The position numbers were made by a program, and so were the translations under genes. The notes under the pieces were generated by a model that was not told the origin of the DNA, made no database searches, and was given only the letters and a program-made list of their open reading frames with translations. From Alphaproteobacteria bacterium (GTDB lineage Bacteria; Pseudomonadota; Alphaproteobacteria; Micavibrionales; UBA2020), in NCBI GenBank assembly GCA_035437825.1, contig DAOMYX010000001.1:113220-177219 (forward strand): a DNA stretch of 64,000 bases, written 5' to 3'. Position 1 is the first letter of the stretch; every line of letters begins with the position of its first letter. Below, in pieces: positions 11,780 to 20,238 of this stretch.

Positions 11780-12580
11780 TCAATGCAGGCCGGCGGCATT
11801 ATGCCCCGGCCTGTTTCTTTTTTTGATGGTTGCAGGCGTCATGACGCGGATAGCGGGGGCGATGCCGTTTTGAATGTCCTGATTGTCCAGCCTTTGGCGG
11901 TCGGCTTGCAACAGCGCCATGACCACATCGTCACGGCCGAAAGATTTTGCAAGGCTATAGGCACCGTCGCCGCCTGACGTTTTGCGCGACGGATCACTGC
12001 CTGCAGTGACAAGGGTTTTGAGGGACGAAAAATCCGGCGGGGTCAAGTCCGAGCGGAAACGTTTGACGGCTTTGGTCAGCGGTGTTTCACCGTTATTGCT
12101 TTCGGCGTGAATATCCGCGCCGCATTCTGCCAGCATCCACACAGACTGATGCGCGCCGACGCTTGCGGCATAGCAAAGAGGTGTCCAGCCGTCTTTATCG
12201 CGGGCATTCATGTCTGCCCCGCGCTGGAACAAAACCAAAAGGCATTGGTCGTTGTTATGATGGGCGGCGACATGCGTGCCGGTTTTATCGGCATCTTTGG
12301 CGCTGATAAGCTGCGGTTGGGCATCCAGTAGTTTTTTGAGCGCTTCGGCGTCCCCGAGACGCAGGGCGCGGAAATAGGCGGCTTTGGTGTCGTCGGGCGG
12401 GGGCGGTGCAGAATCCGGCGCGGGGGCGGCTGCGCGCCGGTCTGGCTGTCCCATATCGGGGCGGGCGGGGGGCGCAGCGGCGGCGGCCATATCACGGGCG
12501 TTCTGGCGGAACAGGTCGATGAGACCGCCAAATCCGAAGCCCCGTGTCTCTTTTCCGGCTTTTCCCTGATTTTGTGCCAT
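11780..12580 (-). CDS. Ankyrin-repeat protein with Pro/Ala-rich N-terminal region and basic C-terminal tail
   Basis: ANK repeats (GADMNARDKDGWTPLCYAASVGAHQSVWMLAECGADIHAESNNGETPLTKAV). No signal peptide. C-terminus is ...MTPATIKKRNRPGHNAAGLH. Start taken at ATG MAQNQGKAG. Confidence 0.8.
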   Translation of the reverse strand: MAQNQGKAGKETRGFGFGGLIDLFRQNARDMAAAAAPPARPDMGQPDRRAAAPAPDSAPPPPDDTKAAYFRALRLGDAEALKKLLDAQPQLISAKDADKTGTHVAAHHNNDQCLLVLFQRGADMNARDKDGWTPLCYAASVGAHQSVWMLAECGADIHAESNNGETPLTKAVKRFRSDLTPPDFSSLKTLVTAGSDPSRKTSGGDGAYSLAKSFGRDDVVMALLQADRQRLDNQDIQNGIAPAIRVMTPATIKKRNRPGHNAAGLH

Positions 12581-12785
12581 GTGCATCCTTATGTGACGTG
12601 TGGGGGTATAATAGCACCGCATTTAAGTTATGTCAATTTTTGAGCGCTATCTGGTCATGGTTAAGAAAAATCTTGACTCTGTCATGGCATAAGAATTATG
12701 TTGCCAACCATCTGAAAAGCCGCGCTTTTATGCCGCTATCCCGCTTTATCTAAAAATAAGCAATAATAACAAGGGAGTAATCTAC

Positions 12786-13361
12786 ATGGATATCCAACTT
12801 TCCGGTCGCAAGGTTCTGGTACTCGTTTCCAACGGCGTTGATGAAGCCGTTATGTCCACCGTTCAGCGCGATATGCTGAAAACGGGTGCTACCATCAAAA
12901 CCGTCGGCACGGAAAGCGGTCTTGTCAACAGCTGGAACAGCCAAAGCAACGGCTGGGGTCTTTATTTCCCCGTTGACCAGCAAATCGGCCAGACTCTGGG
13001 TTCCGACTTCGATGCGCTTGTTGTGCCCGCCGGCGCACGCAGCGTGCAGAAACTGGGTGCGAACCCGCATGCGGAGCGCATCATCTCCAGCTTCATCACC
13101 GCAGGCAAGCCGATGGCATTCATGGGCGATGCGGTCGAACTGCTCGCCAAAATCGAACTCGCAAAAGGCTTTACGGTTACGGGGCCCGAGCGCTCCCACC
13201 AAATCCTGGTCGCAGCCGGTGCGGTATGGAACGGCGCGGCAGAACACGTTGACGGCATGCTGATGACGGGCGACGGCGAAGATATGTCCGGCTTCATCCA
13301 GAACATGGCGGCACATATCGCCAGCGGTCCGGTTGAAGAGCAGCAACAAATCGCCGCCTAA
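12786..13361 (+). CDS. DJ-1/PfpI-like (class I glutamine amidotransferase-like fold) protein without the nucleophile Cys
   Basis: GRKVLVLVSNGVDEAVMSTVQRDMLKTGATIKTVG...DFDALVVPAGARS...GKPMAFMGDAVELL resembles the DJ-1/PfpI or catalase C-terminal domain. The protein contains no cysteine at all. SD AAGGGAG precedes the ATG. Confidence 0.55.
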   Translation: MDIQLSGRKVLVLVSNGVDEAVMSTVQRDMLKTGATIKTVGTESGLVNSWNSQSNGWGLYFPVDQQIGQTLGSDFDALVVPAGARSVQKLGANPHAERIISSFITAGKPMAFMGDAVELLAKIELAKGFTVTGPERSHQILVAAGAVWNGAAEHVDGMLMTGDGEDMSGFIQNMAAHIASGPVEEQQQIAA

Positions 13362-13382
13362 CCGGATTTACGGAGTTTTGTC

Positions 13383-14529
13383 ATGAAAAGCGAAGTCTTA
13401 GCAGCGGTGGAGGAAATCAAGGCCTCCCTCGACCTGCTGAGGAGGCATCTTTGACTGGGACCGTGCTGTCCACCGTCTTGCCGAACTGAACGCCCTCGCT
13501 GAAGACCCCAAACTTTGGGATAATCAGGAACGCGCGCAAAAAATCCTCAAGGAACGCACCCGCCTCGAAGGTCAAATCGATGGCGTGCGCGCCATCGAAA
13601 ACAACCTGAGCGACCAGCTGGGCATGATTGAACTTGCCGAGATGGAAGGCGATGCCGCACTCGTGAGTGAAGCGGAGCAATCCCTCTACGCCATCAAAAC
13701 CGACGTTGCGCGCCGCGAACTGGAAAGCCTGCTGTCCGGTGAAATGGACGGTAGCGACGCTTATCTGCAAATCAACGCAGGGGCGGGCGGTACCGAAGCG
13801 GCCGACTGGGCGGGGATTATCTTCCGCATGTATATGCGCTGGGCGGAACAGCATGATTATAAGCTCGCGCTGCTCGACAAACAGGACGCCGACGTCGCGG
13901 GCATCAAATCCGCGACGCTGGAAATTTCCGGTCCCAATGCTTACGGCTGGCTGAAATCTGAATCGGGCGTGCATCGTCTTGTGCGTATCTCGCCCTACGA
14001 TTCCAATGCCCGCCGTCATACCAGCTTTTGCTCGGTTTCCGTCACGCCTGTGGTGGATGACGATATCGACATCACCATCGACCCCAAAGACCTGCGCGTG
14101 GATACCTACCGCTCCGGCGGCGCGGGCGGGCAGCACGTCAACAAAACGGATTCCGCCGTGCGCCTGACGCATATCCCGACGGGGATTGTGGTTGCGTGCC
14201 AGAACGAACGCTCCCAGCACAAAAACCGCGACCAGGCGATGAAAATGCTGAAAGCGAAGCTGTACGAGCGCGAGCAAATGATGCGCGACGCCGAAAAGCA
14301 GCAGCGCGAAGACGAAAAGACCGAAATCGGCTTTGGCCACCAGATACGCTCTTACGTTCTGCACCCCTACCAGATGGTCAAAGACCTGCGCACGGGGCAT
14401 GATACGTCGGATACGCAGGGCGTTTTGGATGGCGACCTTGATGCGTTCCTCGAAGCATCGCTGGCGCATAAACTGAACGCCGGCAAAGACGGCGCGGGCG
14501 CGAAAGTCGCCTACGAAGACCTCGATTAA
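13383..14529 (+). CDS. prfB: Peptide chain release factor 2, needs a programmed +1 frameshift (join 13383..13451, 13453..14529)
   Basis: Frame 0 encodes [23 protein letters not shown] and hits TGA at 13452. The +1 frame continues [29 protein letters not shown]... into ORF 13585..14529, which has SPF-type ([15 protein letters not shown]) and GGQ ([16 protein letters not shown]) motifs. Confidence 0.95.
13441..13455 (+). promoter_or_regulatory. prfB: prfB autoregulatory +1 frameshift site
   Basis: Internal SD-like AGGAGG, then CAT CTT TGA C: the canonical CUU UGA C slippery/stop context. Confidence 0.9.
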
Positions 14530-14561
14530 ATTTCAATCTATTTTCAAGCAGGAGATACACC

Positions 14562-15068
14562 ATGGCCAGCGCGCATAACGCAAAACTCCCCAAAGAAGAT
14601 TTTGGCCGCGGTCTGTCGATTGCTGAAAAATTCAACGTCCGTGCCGCAGCACGCCCGAACCGCCGTGTGAAGACGGTTCTGAAAGAAGCCATCGGTTTCC
14701 TGCACGGCATCAACGGTGATATCGCCAAGGGCGCCGCCGTCTATAGCGGCAGCGCGTGGACGGGGCCCGACCTTGTTCTTGATAAAAAACAGGGGCAGGA
14801 AACCGCGCGCAGCAAAGAGCGCCTTGCCTACATGACCGGCGACGTCGGCCTGACGCTTGCGGCGGAAGATATACGCAAACTGTCCGATATCCGCCGCACG
14901 TTCAAACTGTCGTCCGACAAACAGGCGGCGGCATTGTCGATGCGCGTTTATGCGCAGGTGGCAGACGGTATCTGGCGCGGCAATGGCTTTAGCCTTGAAA
15001 AAGACGGCCAGCAACAGCCGCTGAACACGGACAAAATCCGCAGCATGGTGACGCAGCACGCGCGCTAA
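14562..15068 (+). CDS. Hypothetical protein
   Basis: 168 aa, SD AGGAGA upstream, host-like codon usage. The overlapping minus-strand ORF 14544..15059 is Arg/Ala-rich shadow. I recognise no motif. Confidence 0.55.
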   Translation: MASAHNAKLPKEDFGRGLSIAEKFNVRAAARPNRRVKTVLKEAIGFLHGINGDIAKGAAVYSGSAWTGPDLVLDKKQGQETARSKERLAYMTGDVGLTLAAEDIRKLSDIRRTFKLSSDKQAAALSMRVYAQVADGIWRGNGFSLEKDGQQQPLNTDKIRSMVTQHAR

Positions 15069-15106
15069 TCCCGCGACTGTCCGGCGGCCTCATTCACAAA
15101 AAATAA

Positions 15107-15703
15107 TCAGGGTGATTCGGGCGCGGTCTGCGGCGTTGTTTCCGCTGCGGGGGCGGTTGCATCTGCCGCTTTGCGGCGTGCGAAGACTTCTGGCGGCAGT
15201 TCCGCCGCCGTCAATTTCCAGCGCCAGTCGCGCAGGCGCAGGATGAACGTCATGCCCTTCGCTTCGATGCGGAATGTATCCGGGTTTTCAAAAAACGCGT
15301 GGTCGATGTCTTTGCGCGACAGGGGGCGTGGCTCTTTGTTCTGAATATCCTTGCCGTCAATTTTGACAAGCGCGCGGTCAAGCGCCATGCGCATGCCTGT
15401 CGGCGTGACGTAGGCATCGACGACCGCCTCTACGATTTTAGGCAGCATAACAAGGCTCGCCGCGCCGAAAATGCCGGTGCGGCCGTCCTGCCCCTTGGGC
15501 ACACGCGCGGCAAGATAGACATTTGCCTGTTCCTTCAGCGATTCACGCAGCATCGGGAAATCGACATGGGTTTCTATGACCTTTGCATCCATTTGCATTA
15601 CGCCCTTGTACAGGCGTTCCATGGCCAGATAGGGCGATGCAACGTAAAAGGCGACAAGCCCCAGCAGGGCGGCGGATACGGCGATTTTTGCAGGTGTTTT
15701 CAT
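15107..15703 (-). CDS. DUF2939-like membrane-anchored protein
   Basis: MKTPAKIAVSAALLGLVAFYVASPYLAMERLYKGVMQMDAKVIETHVDFPMLRESLKEQ matches my recollection of the DUF2939 N-terminus. Confidence 0.6.
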   Translation of the reverse strand: MKTPAKIAVSAALLGLVAFYVASPYLAMERLYKGVMQMDAKVIETHVDFPMLRESLKEQANVYLAARVPKGQDGRTGIFGAASLVMLPKIVEAVVDAYVTPTGMRMALDRALVKIDGKDIQNKEPRPLSRKDIDHAFFENPDTFRIEAKGMTFILRLRDWRWKLTAAELPPEVFARRKAADATAPAAETTPQTAPESP

Positions 15704-15749
15704 ACCCGATGATTACGACATTTTTGCCGCAAAGGGAATAGGGCGCGCT

Positions 15750-16322
15750 TTAATGGCGGCGGCGGATGGCGGGCAGCGATATCAACGGCACATCCTTCGC
15801 CGTGCCGTTGAGGCAGGCGGCGGGGCCTTCGGCTTTGTCGCGGTGTCTTTCGATGGTTTTGGCGAGCGCGTCATGGCCGCGCATCCGCGCGAGAACGGGG
15901 GCGTCATGCCCTTGCTCGCAGCTGGGGAAGGTATCCGCGCCACGCCAGAGCAAAGCTTCGGCAGCTTCTTCGGCATTTTGCCATGCGGCATACATCAGTG
16001 CGGTATAGCCGCGGCTGTTTTGCTTGTCGATGGTGGGGGCTGCCCCGTGCTGCAAAAGCAGTTTGACGATGTCGCTGCGCCGTGCCTGCGCGGCGGCCAT
16101 CAGCGGTGTGTCATCGGCGGCATAGGGCTTATCGTCCGGCTTGAATGGCTCCAGCCAGCAGGCGGCGCCGGCGCGGCTTGTGAGGGTTTCGGTGACTTCA
16201 GCCGTATTTCCGGCGCGGATAGCCTTGAAAAAGGCCTTGCGCTCCTCCGGTGTCGCGCCGGCGGTCTGGTCGAAAGCGGAAGATATGCCGTTTGCCTGTC
16301 CTGCGGTCACAGCCTGCACCAT
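15750..16322 (-). CDS. Ankyrin-repeat protein with basic C-terminal tail
   Basis: TPLMAAAQARRSDIVKLLLQHGAAPTIDKQNSRGYTALMYAAWQNAEEAAEALLWRGAD. No signal peptide. C-terminus is ...VPLISLPAIRRRH. Confidence 0.8.
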   Translation of the reverse strand: MVQAVTAGQANGISSAFDQTAGATPEERKAFFKAIRAGNTAEVTETLTSRAGAACWLEPFKPDDKPYAADDTPLMAAAQARRSDIVKLLLQHGAAPTIDKQNSRGYTALMYAAWQNAEEAAEALLWRGADTFPSCEQGHDAPVLARMRGHDALAKTIERHRDKAEGPAACLNGTAKDVPLISLPAIRRRH

Positions 16323-16527
16323 GTCGTTAAAAATTGAATTTTTTCATAATATTAAGGATTTTTCCTGCTGTCAACCCGCGCTTTGCCATGGGGGCGGAAA
16401 GGGGCATGTGCCTGAAATATGAACAGGTTTTTCCGAAAAACTGCTGGCAAAACGGCAGAGAATCCTTATGATGAGTGACCTAAATAATGACAATTTTTAT
16501 AAAGCCCACAATCCACGAGGATTTCCC

Positions 16528-19500
16528 ATGCGCCGTTCACGCTTTCTTGCCCTGACGAGTGTTTCCCTTGCTGCTGCGATGCTTCTGGCCACGACAGCGG
16601 TACAGGCAACGCAGCCCGCCGCGGTTCAGATGCTCGGCGTTTTGAAGCCGAAAGAGCAATGGAAAGTCGGCACGGTGGACAGCAGCGGCGCGCCTTATTG
16701 CGCCATGGTGGGCAAGTTCGACCAGGCCAGCACGCTGGCATTCGCGCGCAGTGCGGAAGGCTTCGGCTCCCTCGGTATCGAGTTCTATGACGACCTGTTC
16801 AAACCGGGCAAAAAATACGAAGTCACCCTGACCCTCGAAAACCTCGCCCCGCGCACATTCAGCGGGGAGGCAACGACGGCGCGCTCGCTGGTTTTGCAAA
16901 TCGGTGAAGACGATGCGCTCTATGATACTTTCAGCCGCAGCGAAACGTTGCGCGTCTCGACCTCTGCGATTGACGTGCGCTTCGCCATCAACAAATTCGA
17001 CAAGAAGTATAAAGAGCTTGTCACCTGCGCCACCGTTCTTGCGGGCCCGCAGGAGCAGGTAGAGCTGCCGCCCGCCGAAATGGCCGCAGCAGCCAAGGCA
17101 GAAGCCGAAGCCGCCGCCGCTGAAAAAACGGCCAGCGCCGAAAAACCGGCAGCACCGTTTACAAACTTTTTCCAAAGACTGCGCGCCAAGGCAGCGGGGC
17201 AGGAAGAGCCCGCAGCCACCCTTCGGCAGTATTCCGAAAGCGACATTGTCTGGAACGATGAAAAATCCGCCGCAAAAACCGCCGCGGCCGGCAAAAAAAA
17301 ATCTGACGACACCGCAGCCGTAACCCTGCCGCTGCCCAAACCGGGCACGCATAAGGGCGAAACGATTTTGGCGGCCTCCACCACGGCGGCGCCATCTGCT
17401 GTCGCAGCGCCTGCTATCAATGTGGATTCCGCCCCGCTGGCAGAAATGCCCGCGCCCGAAACAATGGATATGCCGCAGGAGCGTAAACTGCTCGCCTCCA
17501 TGGCGGTGACCGGTCATGCGGTCATGGCTGAAAACGTGGGCATGAGCGCGCGCGAGATGGAAAAAATCCAGGCCGCCAAGCTGGAGCGCGATATGGCGCG
17601 CAAGGAACAGGAAATCGCCACGCTGGCCGCCGAAACCACCAAGGCCGCACAGCAGCAGGTGCAGGAATCCGGCCGCCGTCAGGAGGCGATGCTGGTCGAG
17701 GCGAAAAACCTTCAACAGCAAATCGCCACGCTGGAAAAGTCTATGCTTGAAAAAGTGGCGGCGGAGAAAGCGGCTGAAAAATCCGCTGTTGTCGCTGCTG
17801 CTGCGCCTGTGGCAGAAGCTGCCGCCGCGGCTAAACTGGCTGATGATGCGCGCCTTGCAAAACAGCAAGCCGAAGAGCTTGCCAAAAAACAAGCCGATAT
17901 GGACAAGTTGATGGCCGCACGCGAAGCGGAAACCCGCAAGCTGGCCGAAGCCCTGAGCAAGACAGAGGCTGAATTCAACACCCGCGTCGCCACGCTGGAA
18001 AGCGAGCGCAGTGTTTTGCGCGGCCAGCTGGATACGGCTATCACCGAAAGCCGCACCGTCGTGCCTGCGCTTGAATCTGCGAAGCGCGAGGGGGATACGA
18101 AAATCCGTGCGCTCGAAGAACAGTTGGGGGCGGCCGAAGCGGCGCGTGCCTCGTTGCGCCAACAGCTGACGGATGCGGAAACCGCGAACAAGGAACTGGC
18201 TGAAAGCCTGAAGGCGCAGCAAATGGAACGCGCCCGTGCCGAAGAAGCCCTGCGCCGCGCCAGCGAGCTGGAAGCGCAGCTGGCAGCACAAACCCGTCAG
18301 GCAAAAGAGCTGGAACTGGCATTGGCCGCTGAAAAAGCAAAGCCGCCCGTGACGGTAGAAGTGCCCGTGGAAGTGCCTGCCAAGGCCGACCCGAAGCTGG
18401 CCGAAGAAAAGGCGCAGCTTGAATCGCGCCTGAACAACGCTGTCGCCGCGCGCGCGGCCGAGGCAAAACGCCTCGCCGAAGTCGAAGCTCTGCGCAAAGC
18501 AGAAGCAGAGCAACTGGCGAAGATGGAAAACGAACGTAAGGCTGAAGCAGAACGCCTTGCAAATCTGGAGCAGGAGCGTGTAGCAGCTGCCGCCCGCATG
18601 GCAAAGCTGGAGGCGGAGCGTAAGGCCGAAGCGGAGCGTATCGCCAAGCTGGATGCCGCGCGTCAGGCGGAGGAGGCTGCCAAACTGGCACAAATCGAAG
18701 CCGAGCGTATAGCAGAGGCAGAACGTATTGCGAAGCTTGAAGCCGAGCGTAAAGCGGAAGCAGAGCGCGTGGCCAAGCTGGAAGAAGAACGCAAGGCGGA
18801 AGCGCTGCGTATCGCCAAGATTGAAGCGGAGCGCAGAGCAGAAGCCGAACGCGTCGCCAAGATGGAAACCGAGCGTAAAGCGGAAGCAGAGCGCGTGGCC
18901 AAGCTCGAAGAGGAACGCAAGACGGAAGCGCTGCGTATCGCCAAGATTGAAGAAGAGCGTAAAGCAGAAGCCTTGCGCCTCGCCAAGCTGGAAGAAGAAC
19001 GCCGCCTGCAAAGCGTGCGTGCCGCCGAGCTGGCGCAGGAGCGTGAAGCTGCCCGTATGAAAGCGGACGAAGAAATCCGCCGCCTGCGTGAAGAAAAAGC
19101 GGCGCTGGAGCAAAAGCTGGCGCTTGAACAAAAACAAGCTGCCGCGCAAAAGCTGGCGCTGGAGCAAAAACAGGCCGCTGATAAATTTGCCGTGAAAGCG
19201 GCCGCGATGAAAACGGAGCAGGCGGTAGCAGCCTTGCCGGCAGTGACGCTGAAGCCTGCCGCACCTGCGCCCGTAGCCGCTGCGCGTGCCTTGCCGCCGC
19301 TTGAAAAGCGTGAAGTGGCCGCTGTGCCCGCCGTACCGCCGTCACCGGCTGTCGGGGCGCGTAGCCTGTCGCGTCTTGAGCCGGCAGCGGGTGATTCCGA
19401 CCTGACCTCGGGCGGTAACCGTGCCGAGGCTTTCCTTGAGGGCATCATGAAGCATCACCGCCCGCAAGGCACAGCCGCACCCAAAAACGCTGTGAAAACG

Positions 19501-20205
19501 CCCTCCGTGCCTGCGCCTCAGGCGGCGAAAGCTGTACCGCAGGCGGCTATGCCGTCTTCTGTCCGTCCGCAAGTTCCCGTTGTGGAAACGCCGCGTTTGC
19601 GCAATGCGCCTGCGGCTGCGGCGCCCACCGGACGCGCCGTTAGCCTTGAAACCCTGCTGGAGCAATCCGGCGTGCGCGGCGCGGTGTTTCAGCCGATGCA
19701 GCAATCGGGCGCGGAAGCTTCGCGCCAATGGTCTTTGGGTCGTTTGAGCGGTCTTTACGAACAAATGCCCGCCGCAGGCCAGCCCTTCGACCGTCTGACG
19801 CAGGATTATGTCGGGCGTTACCGCGACGATTGCCCGCAGCACCTGACGGTGAAAATGGGCAATCCCGAACAAACGCCCGCGGGTGTGGTTTCCAGCGGCA
19901 CGCTGTCTTGCGCGATGCCGGGCAATGCCTATGAAACCTCGATGTTGTTCGTGCAGTCGGGCAGCGGTTTTGCCGCGATTTTGCATTCCGGCAACCCGTC
20001 CGACGCAGCGCAGGTAAAATCGTTGGGAGATAATATTTTCTACACGCTGTCATCGTCGGCAGGGCTGTCGCCTTTACCCGCAGCAGCGGCAGCGTCCGCC
20101 GCGCCGCAAGCGCAGTATGATGCCCGCCGCACGGTCATGTCGCCGGAGCCGCCGGTTTCCGCTGCGCAGCCGTCTGGTGAATTCAATACGGTTGTTATCG
20201 AATAA
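16528..20205 (+). CDS. Very large secreted coiled-coil protein with conserved N- and C-terminal globular domains
   Basis: ATG at 16528 follows GAGGA. Signal peptide MRRSRFLALTSVSLAAAMLLATTAVQA. The central several hundred residues are A/E/K/R/L-rich heptad-like sequence, including a 14-aa repeat array. The C-terminal domain has two Cys. It is a paralogue of the next gene. Confidence 0.8.
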   Translation: MRRSRFLALTSVSLAAAMLLATTAVQATQPAAVQMLGVLKPKEQWKVGTVDSSGAPYCAMVGKFDQASTLAFARSAEGFGSLGIEFYDDLFKPGKKYEVTLTLENLAPRTFSGEATTARSLVLQIGEDDALYDTFSRSETLRVSTSAIDVRFAINKFDKKYKELVTCATVLAGPQEQVELPPAEMAAAAKAEAEAAAAEKTASAEKPAAPFTNFFQRLRAKAAGQEEPAATLRQYSESDIVWNDEKSAAKTAAAGKKKSDDTAAVTLPLPKPGTHKGETILAASTTAAPSAVAAPAINVDSAPLAEMPAPETMDMPQERKLLASMAVTGHAVMAENVGMSAREMEKIQAAKLERDMARKEQEIATLAAETTKAAQQQVQESGRRQEAMLVEAKNLQQQIATLEKSMLEKVAAEKAAEKSAVVAAAAPVAEAAAAAKLADDARLAKQQAEELAKKQADMDKLMAAREAETRKLAEALSKTEAEFNTRVATLESERSVLRGQLDTAITESRTVVPALESAKREGDTKIRALEEQLGAAEAARASLRQQLTDAETANKELAESLKAQQMERARAEEALRRASELEAQLAAQTRQAKELELALAAEKAKPPVTVEVPVEVPAKADPKLAEEKAQLESRLNNAVAARAAEAKRLAEVEALRKAEAEQLAKMENERKAEAERLANLEQERVAAAARMAKLEAERKAEAERIAKLDAARQAEEAAKLAQIEAERIAEAERIAKLEAERKAEAERVAKLEEERKAEALRIAKIEAERRAEAERVAKMETERKAEAERVAKLEEERKTEALRIAKIEEERKAEALRLAKLEEERRLQSVRAAELAQEREAARMKADEEIRRLREEKAALEQKLALEQKQAAAQKLALEQKQAADKFAVKAAAMKTEQAVAALPAVTLKPAAPAPVAAARALPPLEKREVAAVPAVPPSPAVGARSLSRLEPAAGDSDLTSGGNRAEAFLEGIMKHHRPQGTAAPKNAVKTPSVPAPQAAKAVPQAAMPSSVRPQVPVVETPRLRNAPAAAAPTGRAVSLETLLEQSGVRGAVFQPMQQSGAEASRQWSLGRLSGLYEQMPAAGQPFDRLTQDYVGRYRDDCPQHLTVKMGNPEQTPAGVVSSGTLSCAMPGNAYETSMLFVQSGSGFAAILHSGNPSDAAQVKSLGDNIFYTLSSSAGLSPLPAAAAASAAPQAQYDARRTVMSPEPPVSAAQPSGEFNTVVIE
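18460..19060 (+). repeat. In-frame 42-nt (14-aa) tandem repeat array inside the coiled-coil gene
   Basis: About 13 units of type ERKAEAERVAKLEE / ERKAEALRIAKIEE. Two roughly 90-nt stretches starting at 18745 and 18871 are near-identical (period 126 nt = 3 units). Confidence 0.85.
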
Positions 20206-20238
20206 ACGGGGCGAAGCATAAAGCGCAAAGGTAAAATA

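Noticed and set aside
18460-19060. Regular 42-nt periodicity that might be mistaken for a CRISPR array or non-coding satellite
   Set aside because: The units are contiguous with no unique spacers, they are in frame, and they encode an amphipathic 14-aa coiled-coil repeat within a long ORF.
16537-19167. 876-aa minus-strand ORF (plus 18041..19345, 18663..19448 and others) opposite the giant coiled-coil gene
   Set aside because: These are antisense shadows of a GC-rich, repeat-rich gene. Their products are Arg/Phe/Leu/Gly-rich nonsense with no motifs, whereas the plus-strand product has a signal peptide, an SD and a paralogue next door.
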